Assembly: GCA_902517745.1 (NCBI GenBank)
Contig: CABYDS010000003.1
Location: forward strand, 33,022-97,021
Direction: 5' to 3'
DNA from: an uncultured Pelagibacteraceae bacterium
GTDB lineage: Bacteria > Pseudomonadota > Alphaproteobacteria > Pelagibacterales > Pelagibacteraceae
Length of the DNA stretch: 64,000 nt
The notes beneath the pieces were generated by a model. That model saw only the letters and a list, made by a program, of their open reading frames with translations, was not told where the DNA came from and did no database searches. This document shows, one piece after another, positions 53,305 through 63,600 of the stretch. Positions within the stretch are counted from its first letter, which is position 1. Each line of letters opens with the position of its first letter. The position numbers were made by a program, and so were the translations under genes.

Positions 53305-54233
53305 ATTTTTTTTATTCTTGGGTTTTTTTGTAGAAAATTTTTTAAATCATGGAAATTTGGATTTTTTTTAATACGATTATCGATTAATTTCCACGCATAA
53401 GGTATTAATTTTAGATATTTTCTTTTTTTATCTCTTTTTGCAAGTCTTGTGAATATACCAATTATTTTTAGATTTCTTAGAACAGATAAAATTTCAAAAT
53501 CATTAATAAATTGAGATTCATTTTTATACTTAAATTTACTAAGAAATACTTTTAAAATATTTGACTTAAAACTATTTGAAGTTTTAATTCTTACATCATC
53601 TATAAGTGAGGCCAAATCATATGCTGGATTACCCAATACAGCATCTTGACTATCTATTAAAGCGATTTTATTTTTATAAAACATCATGTTTGAGACGTGA
53701 AAATCTCTATGTACAAACACTTTGTGTTTGATTTTTAAATTTAAATACAAATTATCTATTATTTTTTTGAAATTTTTTTTTAAATGTTCTTTTTGAATAA
53801 TTAATTTATTTGCTGCTAAGTACCAATCCAAAAAAAGGTATGACTCTTTAAGTATTTTAGCTTTTGAATAGTTTGATAAATTAAATTTTTTTTTAAGAAA
53901 ATTTTGAGTTTTATAATTTTTAATTTTTTGAATTTGATATAAAATTTTTAGTATTCTTTTGTATTCATTTAATTTAGTTTTTGAGGATTTAATTTTATCC
54001 AACATGTTTTTATTGCCGAAATCCTCAATTTCTATAAAATTTTTTTTATAATTTTCACTAATTAAACCTGGTGCTAATATTTTATTTTTAATCAATATTT
54101 TGTTAACTGCATCATAATTTAACAGGTTTGATCGCTTTTGAATTTTGCTATAAACTAATACTGAATTATTTGTTCTATAAAATTGTCTAAATGATGCATC
54201 TCCTGATAGTTTTTTAAATTTTTTCAAATTCAT
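53301..54233 (-). CDS. amgK: Anomeric MurNAc/GlcNAc kinase-like phosphotransferase
   Basis: GDASFRQFYR, HRDFH..N, IDSQDA, YDLASL and RNLKIIGIF.RL; likely start MNLKK at 54233. Confidence 0.82.
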   Translation of the reverse strand: MNLKKFKKLSGDASFRQFYRTNNSVLVYSKIQKRSNLLNYDAVNKILIKNKILAPGLISENYKKNFIEIEDFGNKNMLDKIKSSKTKLNEYKRILKILYQIQKIKNYKTQNFLKKKFNLSNYSKAKILKESYLFLDWYLAANKLIIQKEHLKKNFKKIIDNLYLNLKIKHKVFVHRDFHVSNMMFYKNKIALIDSQDAVLGNPAYDLASLIDDVRIKTSNSFKSNILKVFLSKFKYKNESQFINDFEILSVLRNLKIIGIFTRLAKRDKKRKYLKLIPYAWKLIDNRIKKNPNFHDLKNFLQKNPRIKKI

Positions 54234-54696
54234 TAAAATTAAAATCAATATTATTAGATATAATTAAGTACCTATTTTCAAGCTTTTCATCATATTCAAA
54301 TTTTAATGTAAAAGTACTTTCTATATTTTGACCCAAGATTTCAGGCCATTCAATTAATCTAGCATAATCTTCTGAGTTTTCATTAATTCCTAAGTTATTT
54401 AATTCTTTTTTATATTTAATTCTGTAAAGATCAAAATGTCTAACAATCAAAGAATTAATCTCATATTCATTTATAATATTAAAAGTTGGACTAGGTATTT
54501 CTGTTTTTTCTAAACCATTTTTTGTTTGAAGATAATTGATTAGATACCTGATAAATGTAGTCTTACCTACTCCGATATTTCCATAAAAAAGCAAAGTTGT
54601 ATTTTTGCTAACTTTACTTGCAATTTTTTCAGCAATTTTTTGTGTGATAATTTCTTTTGAAATATCTATTTTGCTACTTTTAGTAGCGATAGGCAT
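54214..54696 (-). CDS. tsaE: tRNA t6A biosynthesis ATPase
   Basis: [19 protein letters not shown] and IEWPE motifs. Confidence 0.93.
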   Translation of the reverse strand: MPIATKSSKIDISKEIITQKIAEKIASKVSKNTTLLFYGNIGVGKTTFIRYLINYLQTKNGLEKTEIPSPTFNIINEYEINSLIVRHFDLYRIKYKKELNNLGINENSEDYARLIEWPEILGQNIESTFTLKFEYDEKLENRYLIISNNIDFNFNEFEKI

Positions 54697-55966
54697 CTGG
54701 TTTATAAGGTCCTTCTGGTGTTACACTTATATATTTTGCTTGATCATCTGATAATTTGGTTAATTTAGCTCCAACTTTTTCTAAATGAAGTCTGGCTACT
54801 TTCTCATCTAAATGTTTAGGTAAAACATATACTTTTTTCTCATATTTATCTGAGTTATTCCATAATTCTATCTGAGCTGTTACTTGATTTGTAAAAGAAG
54901 CACTCATTACAAAACTTGGGTGTCCTGTTGCACATCCAAGATTAACCAATCTACCTTCTGCTAATAAAATAATTCTTTTTCCATCCGGCAATGTAATTTC
55001 GTGAACTTGTGGCTTTATTTCATCCCATTTATAATTTTTAAGAGCATCTACTTGGATCTCATTATCAAAGTGACCAATATTGCATAGAATTGCTCTATCT
55101 TTCATTTCTCTCATATGGTCAGCTGTCACAATATCTTTATTTCCTGTTGCTGTAACAACAATGTCGGCTTCTTTTATCATCTCATCCATTAAAACTACTT
55201 CATAACCTTCCATTGCAGCTTGGAGAGCACAAATTGGGTCTGTCTCTGTAACCATAACTCTTGCACCGCTCTGACGAAGAGAAGCAGCGCTTCCCTTTCC
55301 AACATCTCCAAATCCAGCTACAATAGCTACCTTACCTGACATCATGACGTCAGTAGCTCTTTTAATTCCATCAACTAAACTTTCTCTGCAACCATATAAA
55401 TTGTCGAACTTAGATTTTGTTACTGAGTCATTAACATTTATTGCTGGGACAAGTAAATTGCCTTCACTTTCCATTTTTTTTAATGCTAAAACTCCTGTAG
55501 TTGTCTCTTCTGATAAACCTTTAACATCATTTAATAATTGTTTATAATCTTTGTGCATCAATGCTGTAAGATCGCCACCATCATCAAGTATCATATTTGG
55601 TTTCCAGCCATCTTTACCTTCAATAGTTTGCTTTACACACCACCAATATTCTTCTTCTGTTTCGCCTTTCCAAGCAAATACAGGAATGCCAGCTTTTGCA
55701 ATTGCTGCTGCTGCATGGTCTTGTGTCGAAAAAATATTACATGAGGACCATCTTACTTCGGCTCCTAACTCAACTAAAGTTTCTATTAAGACAGCTGTTT
55801 GTATTGTCATGTGTAAACAACCAACAATCCGAGCTCCATTTAAAGGTTTTTTACCCTTATATTCTTCTCTAAGAGCCATTAATCCTGGCATTTCAGTTTC
55901 AGCCAGTGAAATTTCTTTTCTTCCAAATTCCGCTTGGGATATATCTTTTACTTTAAAATCTTCCAT
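54680..55966 (-). CDS. ahcY: Adenosylhomocysteinase
   Basis: [36 protein letters not shown] and GRLVNLG motifs. Confidence 0.98.
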   Translation of the reverse strand: MEDFKVKDISQAEFGRKEISLAETEMPGLMALREEYKGKKPLNGARIVGCLHMTIQTAVLIETLVELGAEVRWSSCNIFSTQDHAAAAIAKAGIPVFAWKGETEEEYWWCVKQTIEGKDGWKPNMILDDGGDLTALMHKDYKQLLNDVKGLSEETTTGVLALKKMESEGNLLVPAINVNDSVTKSKFDNLYGCRESLVDGIKRATDVMMSGKVAIVAGFGDVGKGSAASLRQSGARVMVTETDPICALQAAMEGYEVVLMDEMIKEADIVVTATGNKDIVTADHMREMKDRAILCNIGHFDNEIQVDALKNYKWDEIKPQVHEITLPDGKRIILLAEGRLVNLGCATGHPSFVMSASFTNQVTAQIELWNNSDKYEKKVYVLPKHLDEKVARLHLEKVGAKLTKLSDDQAKYISVTPEGPYKPDAYRY

Positions 55967-56010
55967 AGAAAGAGGCTTTTAACAATTTCACTTAATATAT
56001 CAACAAAGAT

Positions 56011-57543
56011 TTATGCTTCTGGGAAAATTATTTCAATTCTTGCCCCTTTATCTTTATTATTAGATGCGTTGATTTCACCACCATGAATTTCAACTAAATT
56101 TTTGACTATATTTAATCCCAAACCCGAATGTTCTCCAAAGTTTTCAGGTCTATTACTATAAAATCTATTAAATATCTTATTTGTATCCTTTTCACTAAAT
56201 CCAGATCCCTGATCAACGACAACTAATTTAATTTTGTCATTTTTATCTTTTGATATTTCAACGGTAATTTCTTGATTATTTTCACTAAAAGAAATTGAGT
56301 TTTCTAATAAGTTTGCAATAATTTGTTCTATTCTATTTTCTATCCCTAAGATACTATAATTTTTTATTCCATTAGATTTCAATTTAATTCCAATCGATTT
56401 TTTTGTTTCATAGATACTGTTAAAATCGTCAACAACAGATTGAGCAATCTCTTTTAAATTTAATTTTTGCATTTTCTCAGAGGAAATTGCAGCCTCATCT
56501 CTTAGCATTTGAGAGTAATCAGTTATTAATCTTTCAATTCTCTCTACGTCATGTGATACTATATTAATTAATTTGTTTCTTTGAGATTTATCATTTGTTT
56601 CAGAAATTATCTCAGAGGCACTTTTTAGAGATGCTAAAGGATTTCTGATTTCATGCAAAAGATCTGTTGAATAATTTTCTGCTGTAGTAATTCTTTTGTT
56701 TAATTCATTAGTCATTTCATCAAGTGAATTTGATAATTTTCCCAATTCGTCATTTCTTTTTTTTATGTTTCCAATATTGGTCTTTTCCTTACTTTTGTTT
56801 TTTATAATATTTGTATATTGAACCAAATTTTTAATTGGTTTTAAGAAGTATCTATTTAATACATATGAAAAAATTAAAATTACTAATGCGACAAGCAAAG
56901 CAGTTCTGATTATAAAATTTCTTCTTTCATCTATTGCAACTTTTATTTCATTGGCATTTTCAGTAATAGCTAAATACCCTATTGTTTTGTTTTCACTAAC
57001 TACATTTTTAACAGTTACTAATAAAAATTGATCATAGTTTTCTTTAGAGTAAGTTAACGGTTTTCCATAATCTGATGAATATGAGTACTTTTTTAAATCT
57101 TCAAATATTTCTTTACTTTCAAAGCTTTTATTACTCTCTTCCAAATTCTTATTTTGAATACTTTGATTATTCAAGTCACTCATTTCAATTATGTTTAGAC
57201 TTCGTGAGAAAGCATTTGGATCTAAGTCTAATGTGTCGGTATCTCCTAATAGATTAAATTCACTATCAAATATCTGTACTCTATCTATACTTTGAAATAA
57301 AAATTTAGTGGAAAACAGAAACTCTCTAATATCTTCAGTTGAGAAATTTATTTTTAAACGATCAATATTTTCTGTTGTATTATCAATAATTTTTATATGC
57401 GAAGCAGTTTTATTTTTAATGAGTGTAGGTTTTACCGTGTTAAGGTAAAATAAAGTTAATACACCTATCACCAAAAAAACAATAAAGTTGATAACTAAGA
57501 ATTTTTTTAAAATAGATTGATTATTAGATTTTGAAGTAGCCAT
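56011..57543 (-). CDS. chvG: Sensor histidine kinase ChvG/ExoS-like
   Basis: 2 TM, HAMP (RNDELG), HEIRNPL, RFYSNRP...GEHSGLGL; follows chvI. Confidence 0.85.
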   Translation of the reverse strand: MATSKSNNQSILKKFLVINFIVFLVIGVLTLFYLNTVKPTLIKNKTASHIKIIDNTTENIDRLKINFSTEDIREFLFSTKFLFQSIDRVQIFDSEFNLLGDTDTLDLDPNAFSRSLNIIEMSDLNNQSIQNKNLEESNKSFESKEIFEDLKKYSYSSDYGKPLTYSKENYDQFLLVTVKNVVSENKTIGYLAITENANEIKVAIDERRNFIIRTALLVALVILIFSYVLNRYFLKPIKNLVQYTNIIKNKSKEKTNIGNIKKRNDELGKLSNSLDEMTNELNKRITTAENYSTDLLHEIRNPLASLKSASEIISETNDKSQRNKLINIVSHDVERIERLITDYSQMLRDEAAISSEKMQKLNLKEIAQSVVDDFNSIYETKKSIGIKLKSNGIKNYSILGIENRIEQIIANLLENSISFSENNQEITVEISKDKNDKIKLVVVDQGSGFSEKDTNKIFNRFYSNRPENFGEHSGLGLNIVKNLVEIHGGEINASNNKDKGARIEIIFPEA

Positions 57544-58241
57544 TATTTAACATTCCAACGATAACCACTACCATATCTGGTTTCTATCGCTGAAAAGTTA
57601 TTATCTACTTTTTTAAACTTTTTTCTAATCCTTTTTACGTGACTATCTATTGTTCTATCTTCAATATCTGTGTCTTCTCTATAAGCAACATCCATTAATT
57701 GAGATCTTTCTTTAATAATTCCAGGTCTTTTTGCTAATTCCTTTACAATTAAGAATTCTGTTGTTGTTAATTTATCTGGTAATTGCTTGCCATCCCATTC
57801 ACACTCTAGCTGTGAAGGATCAAGTTTTAATTTTCCATGTGAAATTATATTTCTATTATCCTCTAAATTATTATCTTTTTTTCTAAGTTGGACACGAATT
57901 CTTTCAATAAGAACTTTAGTTGAAAAGCCACCTGATTTTTTTACAAAATCATCCGCTCCTAGTTTTAATCCTAAAAGCTCATCCACCTCTTCATCTTTTG
58001 AAGTTAAAAATATAACAGGCATAGATGTTTTTTTTCTCAATTTTTTTAATAATTCTTCTCCATCCATTCTTGGCATTTTAATATCTATAACTGCAAGGTC
58101 TGGGGGATTTCTTGACAAACCTATTAAGGCACTTTCTCCATCCAAATAAGTTTGAATAATAAAACCCTCTTTTTCTAAAGCAATACTTAAACTAGTTAAT
58201 ATATTTCTATCATCATCAACAAGGGCAATTGTTTGTTTCAT
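57543..58241 (-). CDS. chvI: OmpR-family response regulator ChvI
   Basis: IALVDDDRNILTS, DIKMPRMDG, FLTSKDEE.DEL.GL and DRTIDSHVKR motifs. Confidence 0.93.
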   Translation of the reverse strand: MKQTIALVDDDRNILTSLSIALEKEGFIIQTYLDGESALIGLSRNPPDLAVIDIKMPRMDGEELLKKLRKKTSMPVIFLTSKDEEVDELLGLKLGADDFVKKSGGFSTKVLIERIRVQLRKKDNNLEDNRNIISHGKLKLDPSQLECEWDGKQLPDKLTTTEFLIVKELAKRPGIIKERSQLMDVAYREDTDIEDRTIDSHVKRIRKKFKKVDNNFSAIETRYGSGYRWNVK

Positions 58242-58292
58242 GTTTAACTATAAAAATACTAAAATGTTTAAAATTGGGCAATTAAATGTTTA

Positions 58293-61058
58293 TTAATGAA
58301 GCTCTCCCCAGTTATCACCTATGTTTACATCTACCGATAATGGTATTGAAAATGAATGCAAATCACTATCTTTCACACTTGTCATAATATCTTTAATCTT
58401 TTTAGAAGCAGATTTAGTACCATTATCAATTACCTCAAAAATCAATTCATCGTGAATTTGAAGCAGCATATTAAATTCATTTGTTTTTTTAGTATCAAGC
58501 TCATCGTTGATTCTAATCATAGCAAGTCGCATTATTTCTGATGCAGATCCTTGGATGGGTGCATTTATAGCTGCCCTTTCTTGAAAATTTCTAATATTAA
58601 AATTTTTGTCATTGATTCCAGGAATATGAGTTTTCCGACCAAAAATATTTCTTACATATCCACTTTTTCTACAGAATTTAATTGTGTTATTCATGTATTC
58701 TTTAATTTCTGGAAATTTAATAAAATATGAATTTAGAAATTCTTCGGCTTCATTGTTTGATACGCCAATTTGTTTAGCCAAACCATATTGAGATATTCCA
58801 TAAATTATTCCAAAATTAATAGCTTTCGCTTTTCTCCTCATATCAGCATCAATTTTTTTTATATCTGCACCAAAAACTTGGCTAGCGGTTAATGAGTGAA
58901 TATCCTCATTATTTTTAAAAGCTTTTTTTAGTTCTTTTACATCAGCTAGATCAGCCAAAATTCTCATTTCGATCTGATTATAGTCTGCTGATATAAGTTT
59001 TTTATTTTTTTCTGAAATGAAGGCTTTACGAATATCTTTGCCCTCCTCAGTTTTAATAGGAATATTTTGTAAATTTGGATCACTGGATGCAAGTCTACCT
59101 GTTGTAGTTGCTGCTAACAAAAAAGATGTATGCACTCTTTTTGTATTGGGATTTAAATGCTCTGGCAAAGAATCTGAATACGTATTTTTTAATTTACTAG
59201 ATTGCCTCCATTCTAAAACCAACTTAGGAAATTCATTCCCTTTGTAAGCTAAATCCTCTAGAACTGCTGCACCAGTTGCAAAACTACCTTTTTTAGTCTT
59301 TTTTAGCGACGCAATTTTGAGGTCATTATACATTATTTCACCCAACTGTTTAGTCGATGCAATATTAAATTTTTTTTTTGAAATTTTAAAAATTTGTTTT
59401 TCTAAATCTTGAAGTTTTTTTTCAAACTTAACAGATAATTTTTTAAGAAAATTATTATCCAATTTTATGCCATTAATTTCCATTGATGCTAAAATTTTAA
59501 TTAAAGGTTTTTCGAAAATTTCATAAATATTAAGTAATTTTTCTGATTTAAGCGATTTCAGAAATATTTTATATAAACGGTAAGTTATATCGGCATCTTC
59601 TGCCGCATAATCTTTTGCAATATTTAACTCTACTTGACTGAATTTAATTTCTTTTTTTCCAGATCCAACAAGATCTTTATATTTAATTGTTTTGTGACCT
59701 AGATGAATATCTGAAAGGGTGTCCATGTTATGTCTATTTTTTCCGGCATCTAAAACATATGACATCAACATTGTATCTTCCATGCTTTGAATATCTATAT
59801 CCCTTTTACGAAATATTATGTAATCGAATTTAATATTCTGCCCAATTTTTTTTAAACTTTTATCCTCTAAATATGGTTTTAAAATTCTCAAAACATCTTT
59901 TTCATTTAGATTATTTTTATCAATATGACCTGTTGGAATGTAACAAGCTTTACCTATTTTGCTAGAAATTGAGATACCAACTAAATTTGCCTGATGTGGA
60001 TCAAGTGAGTCTGTTTCAGTATCAATAGAAAATTCACCAGCTTCTTCGGCTTCTTGCATCCAATCTTTTATTTCAGATAAATTTTTTATCAAAACATATT
60101 TATCTTTTGATATTTTAGATGTTTCTTTTTTGACTTCTATTTCATCACTAAATTTGGATTGACCATACGTCGAAATTGCCGAACTCAATAACCTATTAAA
60201 TTCCATTTCTCTTAAAAAATTGTATAACTTATCTACGTCTACTTTTTTTAGAACAAAGTCAGTTAATTTGTCTTTCACCGGAACATCATTTTTTAATGTG
60301 ACCAGTTTTTTACTTACCAGAGCCTTATCTTTATTTTCTAAAAGTGTTTCTCTTCTTTTGTTCTGTTTTATTTTATTTGCGTTTTTGAGAAGATTTTCTA
60401 AATTTCCATATTCCTTAATTAATTCTGCTGCTGTTTTTACACCAATACCTGGAACGCCAGGCACATTGTCTGTACTATCCCCTGCTAGTGATTGAACATC
60501 AATTACTTTATCCGGACCAACCCCAAATTTATTGATTACATCATCATTAGATATAAATTTATTCTTCATTGGATCGTATATACGAACCTTTTTTTTGAAA
60601 AGTTGCATTAAATCTTTGTCAGATGATACGATTGTAACCTTTGCACCTTCTTTTAATATTTGCTCTACATAGGTGGCTATCAAATCATCAGCCTCATAGT
60701 TTAACATTTCTATAGAGGGTAAATTGAATGCTAATACTGACTTTCTAATATAATCGAATTGTGGAATAAGATCATCGGGAGCATCAGACCTATTTCCTTT
60801 ATAATCTGAATATATTTCGTTTCTAAAATTCTTTCTTGCAGAGTCAAAGATTACTGCAAAATGAGTTGGTTTTTCTAAATTTTCGCTAGATTTAGAGTCC
60901 TCTAATAATTTAAACAGCATGTTACAAAATCCACTTACCGCTCCTACTGGCAAACCATCACTTTTTCGTGTTAATGGTGGCAATGCATAATAGGCTCTAA
61001 ATATGTATCCGGACCCATCAATAAGATAGAAATGATCTGTTTTTTTAATTTTACCCAT
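58293..61058 (-). CDS. polA: DNA polymerase I
   Basis: 5'-3' exonuclease (IDGS...RAYYA, EADD), 3'-5' exonuclease (DTET) and polymerase motifs (ADYNQIE, AKAINFGIIYG, QIHDE). Confidence 0.98.
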   Translation of the reverse strand: MGKIKKTDHFYLIDGSGYIFRAYYALPPLTRKSDGLPVGAVSGFCNMLFKLLEDSKSSENLEKPTHFAVIFDSARKNFRNEIYSDYKGNRSDAPDDLIPQFDYIRKSVLAFNLPSIEMLNYEADDLIATYVEQILKEGAKVTIVSSDKDLMQLFKKKVRIYDPMKNKFISNDDVINKFGVGPDKVIDVQSLAGDSTDNVPGVPGIGVKTAAELIKEYGNLENLLKNANKIKQNKRRETLLENKDKALVSKKLVTLKNDVPVKDKLTDFVLKKVDVDKLYNFLREMEFNRLLSSAISTYGQSKFSDEIEVKKETSKISKDKYVLIKNLSEIKDWMQEAEEAGEFSIDTETDSLDPHQANLVGISISSKIGKACYIPTGHIDKNNLNEKDVLRILKPYLEDKSLKKIGQNIKFDYIIFRKRDIDIQSMEDTMLMSYVLDAGKNRHNMDTLSDIHLGHKTIKYKDLVGSGKKEIKFSQVELNIAKDYAAEDADITYRLYKIFLKSLKSEKLLNIYEIFEKPLIKILASMEINGIKLDNNFLKKLSVKFEKKLQDLEKQIFKISKKKFNIASTKQLGEIMYNDLKIASLKKTKKGSFATGAAVLEDLAYKGNEFPKLVLEWRQSSKLKNTYSDSLPEHLNPNTKRVHTSFLLAATTTGRLASSDPNLQNIPIKTEEGKDIRKAFISEKNKKLISADYNQIEMRILADLADVKELKKAFKNNEDIHSLTASQVFGADIKKIDADMRRKAKAINFGIIYGISQYGLAKQIGVSNNEAEEFLNSYFIKFPEIKEYMNNTIKFCRKSGYVRNIFGRKTHIPGINDKNFNIRNFQERAAINAPIQGSASEIMRLAMIRINDELDTKKTNEFNMLLQIHDELIFEVIDNGTKSASKKIKDIMTSVKDSDLHSFSIPLSVDVNIGDNWGELH

Positions 61059-61158
61059 AATTTAATTTATAATAAATTGAAGTATTATAGTAAGAATAAA
61101 ACATCCTGTTAATAAATATTAGTGGATTAAACTTTATTAAAATAGTAATTTAAAGCTA

Positions 61159-61710
61159 ATGGAATTAGTAAATTCAATTTCTAATAATAAAATAATTAAA
61201 ATCATAATATTTGCATTAATAGGTTCTATTTTATTGACAATATCTGCAAAAATTAAAATACCTTTTTACCCAGTTCCTATGACTATGCAAACATTTATAG
61301 TTTTGTTTTTAGGAATTTCCTTTGGATATAAAGTTGGGGTACTTTCGGTAGTTTTTTATTTGATAGAAGGAATTATGGGATTACCGGTATTTTCTAACTC
61401 ACCAGAGAAAGGTATAGGATTAGCTTATTTTGTTGGTCCCACAATGGGATATTTAATAGGTTTTATATTTGCATGTCTGATAGCAGGCATATTTACATAT
61501 GATAAAAACCATATATTAAATTTTTTAAAAATTATAATTGCAACATCAGTAATATATATTTTGGGTATTTTGTGGCTTGGAAATTTAATCGGTTGGGATA
61601 AACCAATATTAGAATTTGGTGTTTACCCATTTCTTTATGCTGAATTATTTAAAATATTATTACTAACAGCTTTAGTTAATAAAATTATTAAACTTAGAAA
61701 ATATATTTAG
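61159..61710 (+). CDS. bioY: Biotin transporter BioY
   Basis: PVPMTMQT, GLPVFS and GPTMGYLIGF motifs. Confidence 0.92.
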   Translation: MELVNSISNNKIIKIIIFALIGSILLTISAKIKIPFYPVPMTMQTFIVLFLGISFGYKVGVLSVVFYLIEGIMGLPVFSNSPEKGIGLAYFVGPTMGYLIGFIFACLIAGIFTYDKNHILNFLKIIIATSVIYILGILWLGNLIGWDKPILEFGVYPFLYAELFKILLLTALVNKIIKLRKYI

Positions 61711-61712
61711 AA

Positions 61713-62276
61713 TTACCTTGGAGATCTTTTTGATAGAATTCTTTGAAGTGTTCTTCGATGCATTTTAAGTCTTCTTGCAGTCTCAGATACATTTCTGTTA
61801 CATAATTCAAAAACTCTGTGAATATGTTCCCATTTAACTCTATCAGCGGACATTGGATTTTCTGGTGGAGCAGCTTTTTTATTTGGATCAGCTAAAAGTG
61901 CTTTTTCTACGTCATCTGCATCTGCTGGTTTAGCTAAATAGTCTATTGCACCTTCTTTAATGGCTGCTACTGCGGTTGGTATATTTCCATAACCAGTAAG
62001 CATCACTATTCTGCTCTCTGAATTATTTTTCTGAATTTCTTTTACAACTTCTAGTCCGTTTCCATCGTTTAGTCTTAAGTCAACAACTGCAAAAGCAGGT
62101 TTTTTTGATTTCACAGACTCTATTCCAATTTTTACACCCTCTGCTTGTGAAACAGAAAAGCCCTTTTTCTCCATCGCTCGAGCTAGTCTTTCTCTAAAAG
62201 GGTTATCATCATCTACTATAAGTAGAGATTTATCCTCAAATTCTGTTATTTTTTTTAATACTTCTGCATCTGGCAT
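61713..62276 (-). CDS. regA: RegA/PrrA/ActR redox response regulator
   Basis: LTGYGNIPTAVAA and C-terminal WEHIHRVFELCNRNVSETARRLKMHRRTLQRILSKRSPR. Confidence 0.95.
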   Translation of the reverse strand: MPDAEVLKKITEFEDKSLLIVDDDNPFRERLARAMEKKGFSVSQAEGVKIGIESVKSKKPAFAVVDLRLNDGNGLEVVKEIQKNNSESRIVMLTGYGNIPTAVAAIKEGAIDYLAKPADADDVEKALLADPNKKAAPPENPMSADRVKWEHIHRVFELCNRNVSETARRLKMHRRTLQRILSKRSPR

Positions 62277-62283
62277 GGACCTT

Positions 62284-62311
62284 ATATGGAAACATTCTAA
62301 ATTATTTCAAG
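62284..62311 (-). promoter_or_regulatory. RpoH-type promoter upstream of regA
   Basis: Minus strand: CTTGAA (62311-62306), 16-nt spacer, CCATAT (62289-62284), then 7 nt to ATG 62276. Confidence 0.6.
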
Positions 62312-62421
62312 GGTACATTTTTACTTTACATTGGCTCATTTTCAGCATAAATGCTCGTTTTATATAAACTTGCATAGCAGTTATGCCGGTTTTTTTTGTT
62401 AAATTTTTTTTGGAGCTTTAA

Positions 62422-63600
62422 ATGCAAAAATTTAAATCAGTTGATAAATTAGTAAATCAACTGAAACCAACAGAACCTGTTTATTGTATTAGAAGAGATT
62501 CTATAAACATAGCTTCTAAATTTTTTCAGAATAAATTTCCTGGTAAAATCCTATATGCAGTTAAAACTAACCCGCATCCATTAGTATTAAAAACTATAGT
62601 GGAAAGCGGAATTAATGATTTTGATATCGCTTCAATTAAAGAAGTTGAGGCAATTAGAAGTGTTAGCCCAGATGCAAAATGCTCCTACATGCATACTGTA
62701 AAAAGCAAGGAAAGTATAAACGAAGCATATTTCAAATATAATATTAAGACTTATTCAATAGATACAAAAGATGAATTAATAAAAATTCTTAATAGTACTA
62801 ATCAAGCTAAGGATTTAGAGTTATTTGTGAGAGTTGCAGTTTCTAATGAACACGCAGAAATAGATTTATCTAAAAAATTTGGCGCACAAACTTCTGAAGC
62901 AATAGGGCTTTATAGATTAACAAAACAGTATGCAAAAAAAATAGGATTGAGTTTTCATGTGGGTTCGCAATGTATGCATCCAATATCCTATTCAAAAGGG
63001 ATTAATGAAATTAAATATATAATAAAAAAAACAAAAATAGTTCCAGATGTTATAAATATAGGTGGAGGATTTCCAACAATCTATCCTGACTTAGTTCCTC
63101 AATCATTAGACTCTTATTTTGAGGAAATAAAAAATTCATTAAATAAATTAAAATTAGAAAAAAAACCAGAAATTATATGTGAGCCAGGTCGAGCAATTGT
63201 TGCAGAAAGTGGTTCGACAATTGTGAGAGTAAACTTAAGAAAAAAACAAAAGTTATATATCAATGATGGAACATACGGAACTTTATTTGATGCAGGTGTG
63301 CCTAATATAGTTTATCCATCAAGGATAATTACAAGTGGAAGAATTATATCAAAAAAATTGACTTCATTTGATTTTTATGGACCAACATGTGATAGCATGG
63401 ATTATATGAAGGGACCTTTTATACTACCTAATAATATTAAAGAAGGTGATTACATTGAATTAGGTCAATTAGGAGCATACGGATTGACATTTAGAACTCA
63501 ATTTAATGGATATTATTCTGATAGTATTTACGAAGTATGTGATGATCCAATAATGACGATGTATGACAAAGAAACAAATAAAGAGTTTCTTGTTGCATAA
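62422..63600 (+). CDS. Ornithine/lysine/arginine decarboxylase (fold-type III PLP)
   Basis: YAVKTN (PLP Lys), SFHVGSQ, NIGGGF, EPGR and GPTCDSMD motifs. Confidence 0.92.
   Translation: MQKFKSVDKLVNQLKPTEPVYCIRRDSINIASKFFQNKFPGKILYAVKTNPHPLVLKTIVESGINDFDIASIKEVEAIRSVSPDAKCSYMHTVKSKESINEAYFKYNIKTYSIDTKDELIKILNSTNQAKDLELFVRVAVSNEHAEIDLSKKFGAQTSEAIGLYRLTKQYAKKIGLSFHVGSQCMHPISYSKGINEIKYIIKKTKIVPDVINIGGGFPTIYPDLVPQSLDSYFEEIKNSLNKLKLEKKPEIICEPGRAIVAESGSTIVRVNLRKKQKLYINDGTYGTLFDAGVPNIVYPSRIITSGRIISKKLTSFDFYGPTCDSMDYMKGPFILPNNIKEGDYIELGQLGAYGLTFRTQFNGYYSDSIYEVCDDPIMTMYDKETNKEFLVA

Noticed and set aside
55967-56010. SAH or SAM-V riboswitch upstream of ahcY
   Set aside because: Only 44 bp, mostly promoter-like, with no recognisable aptamer.
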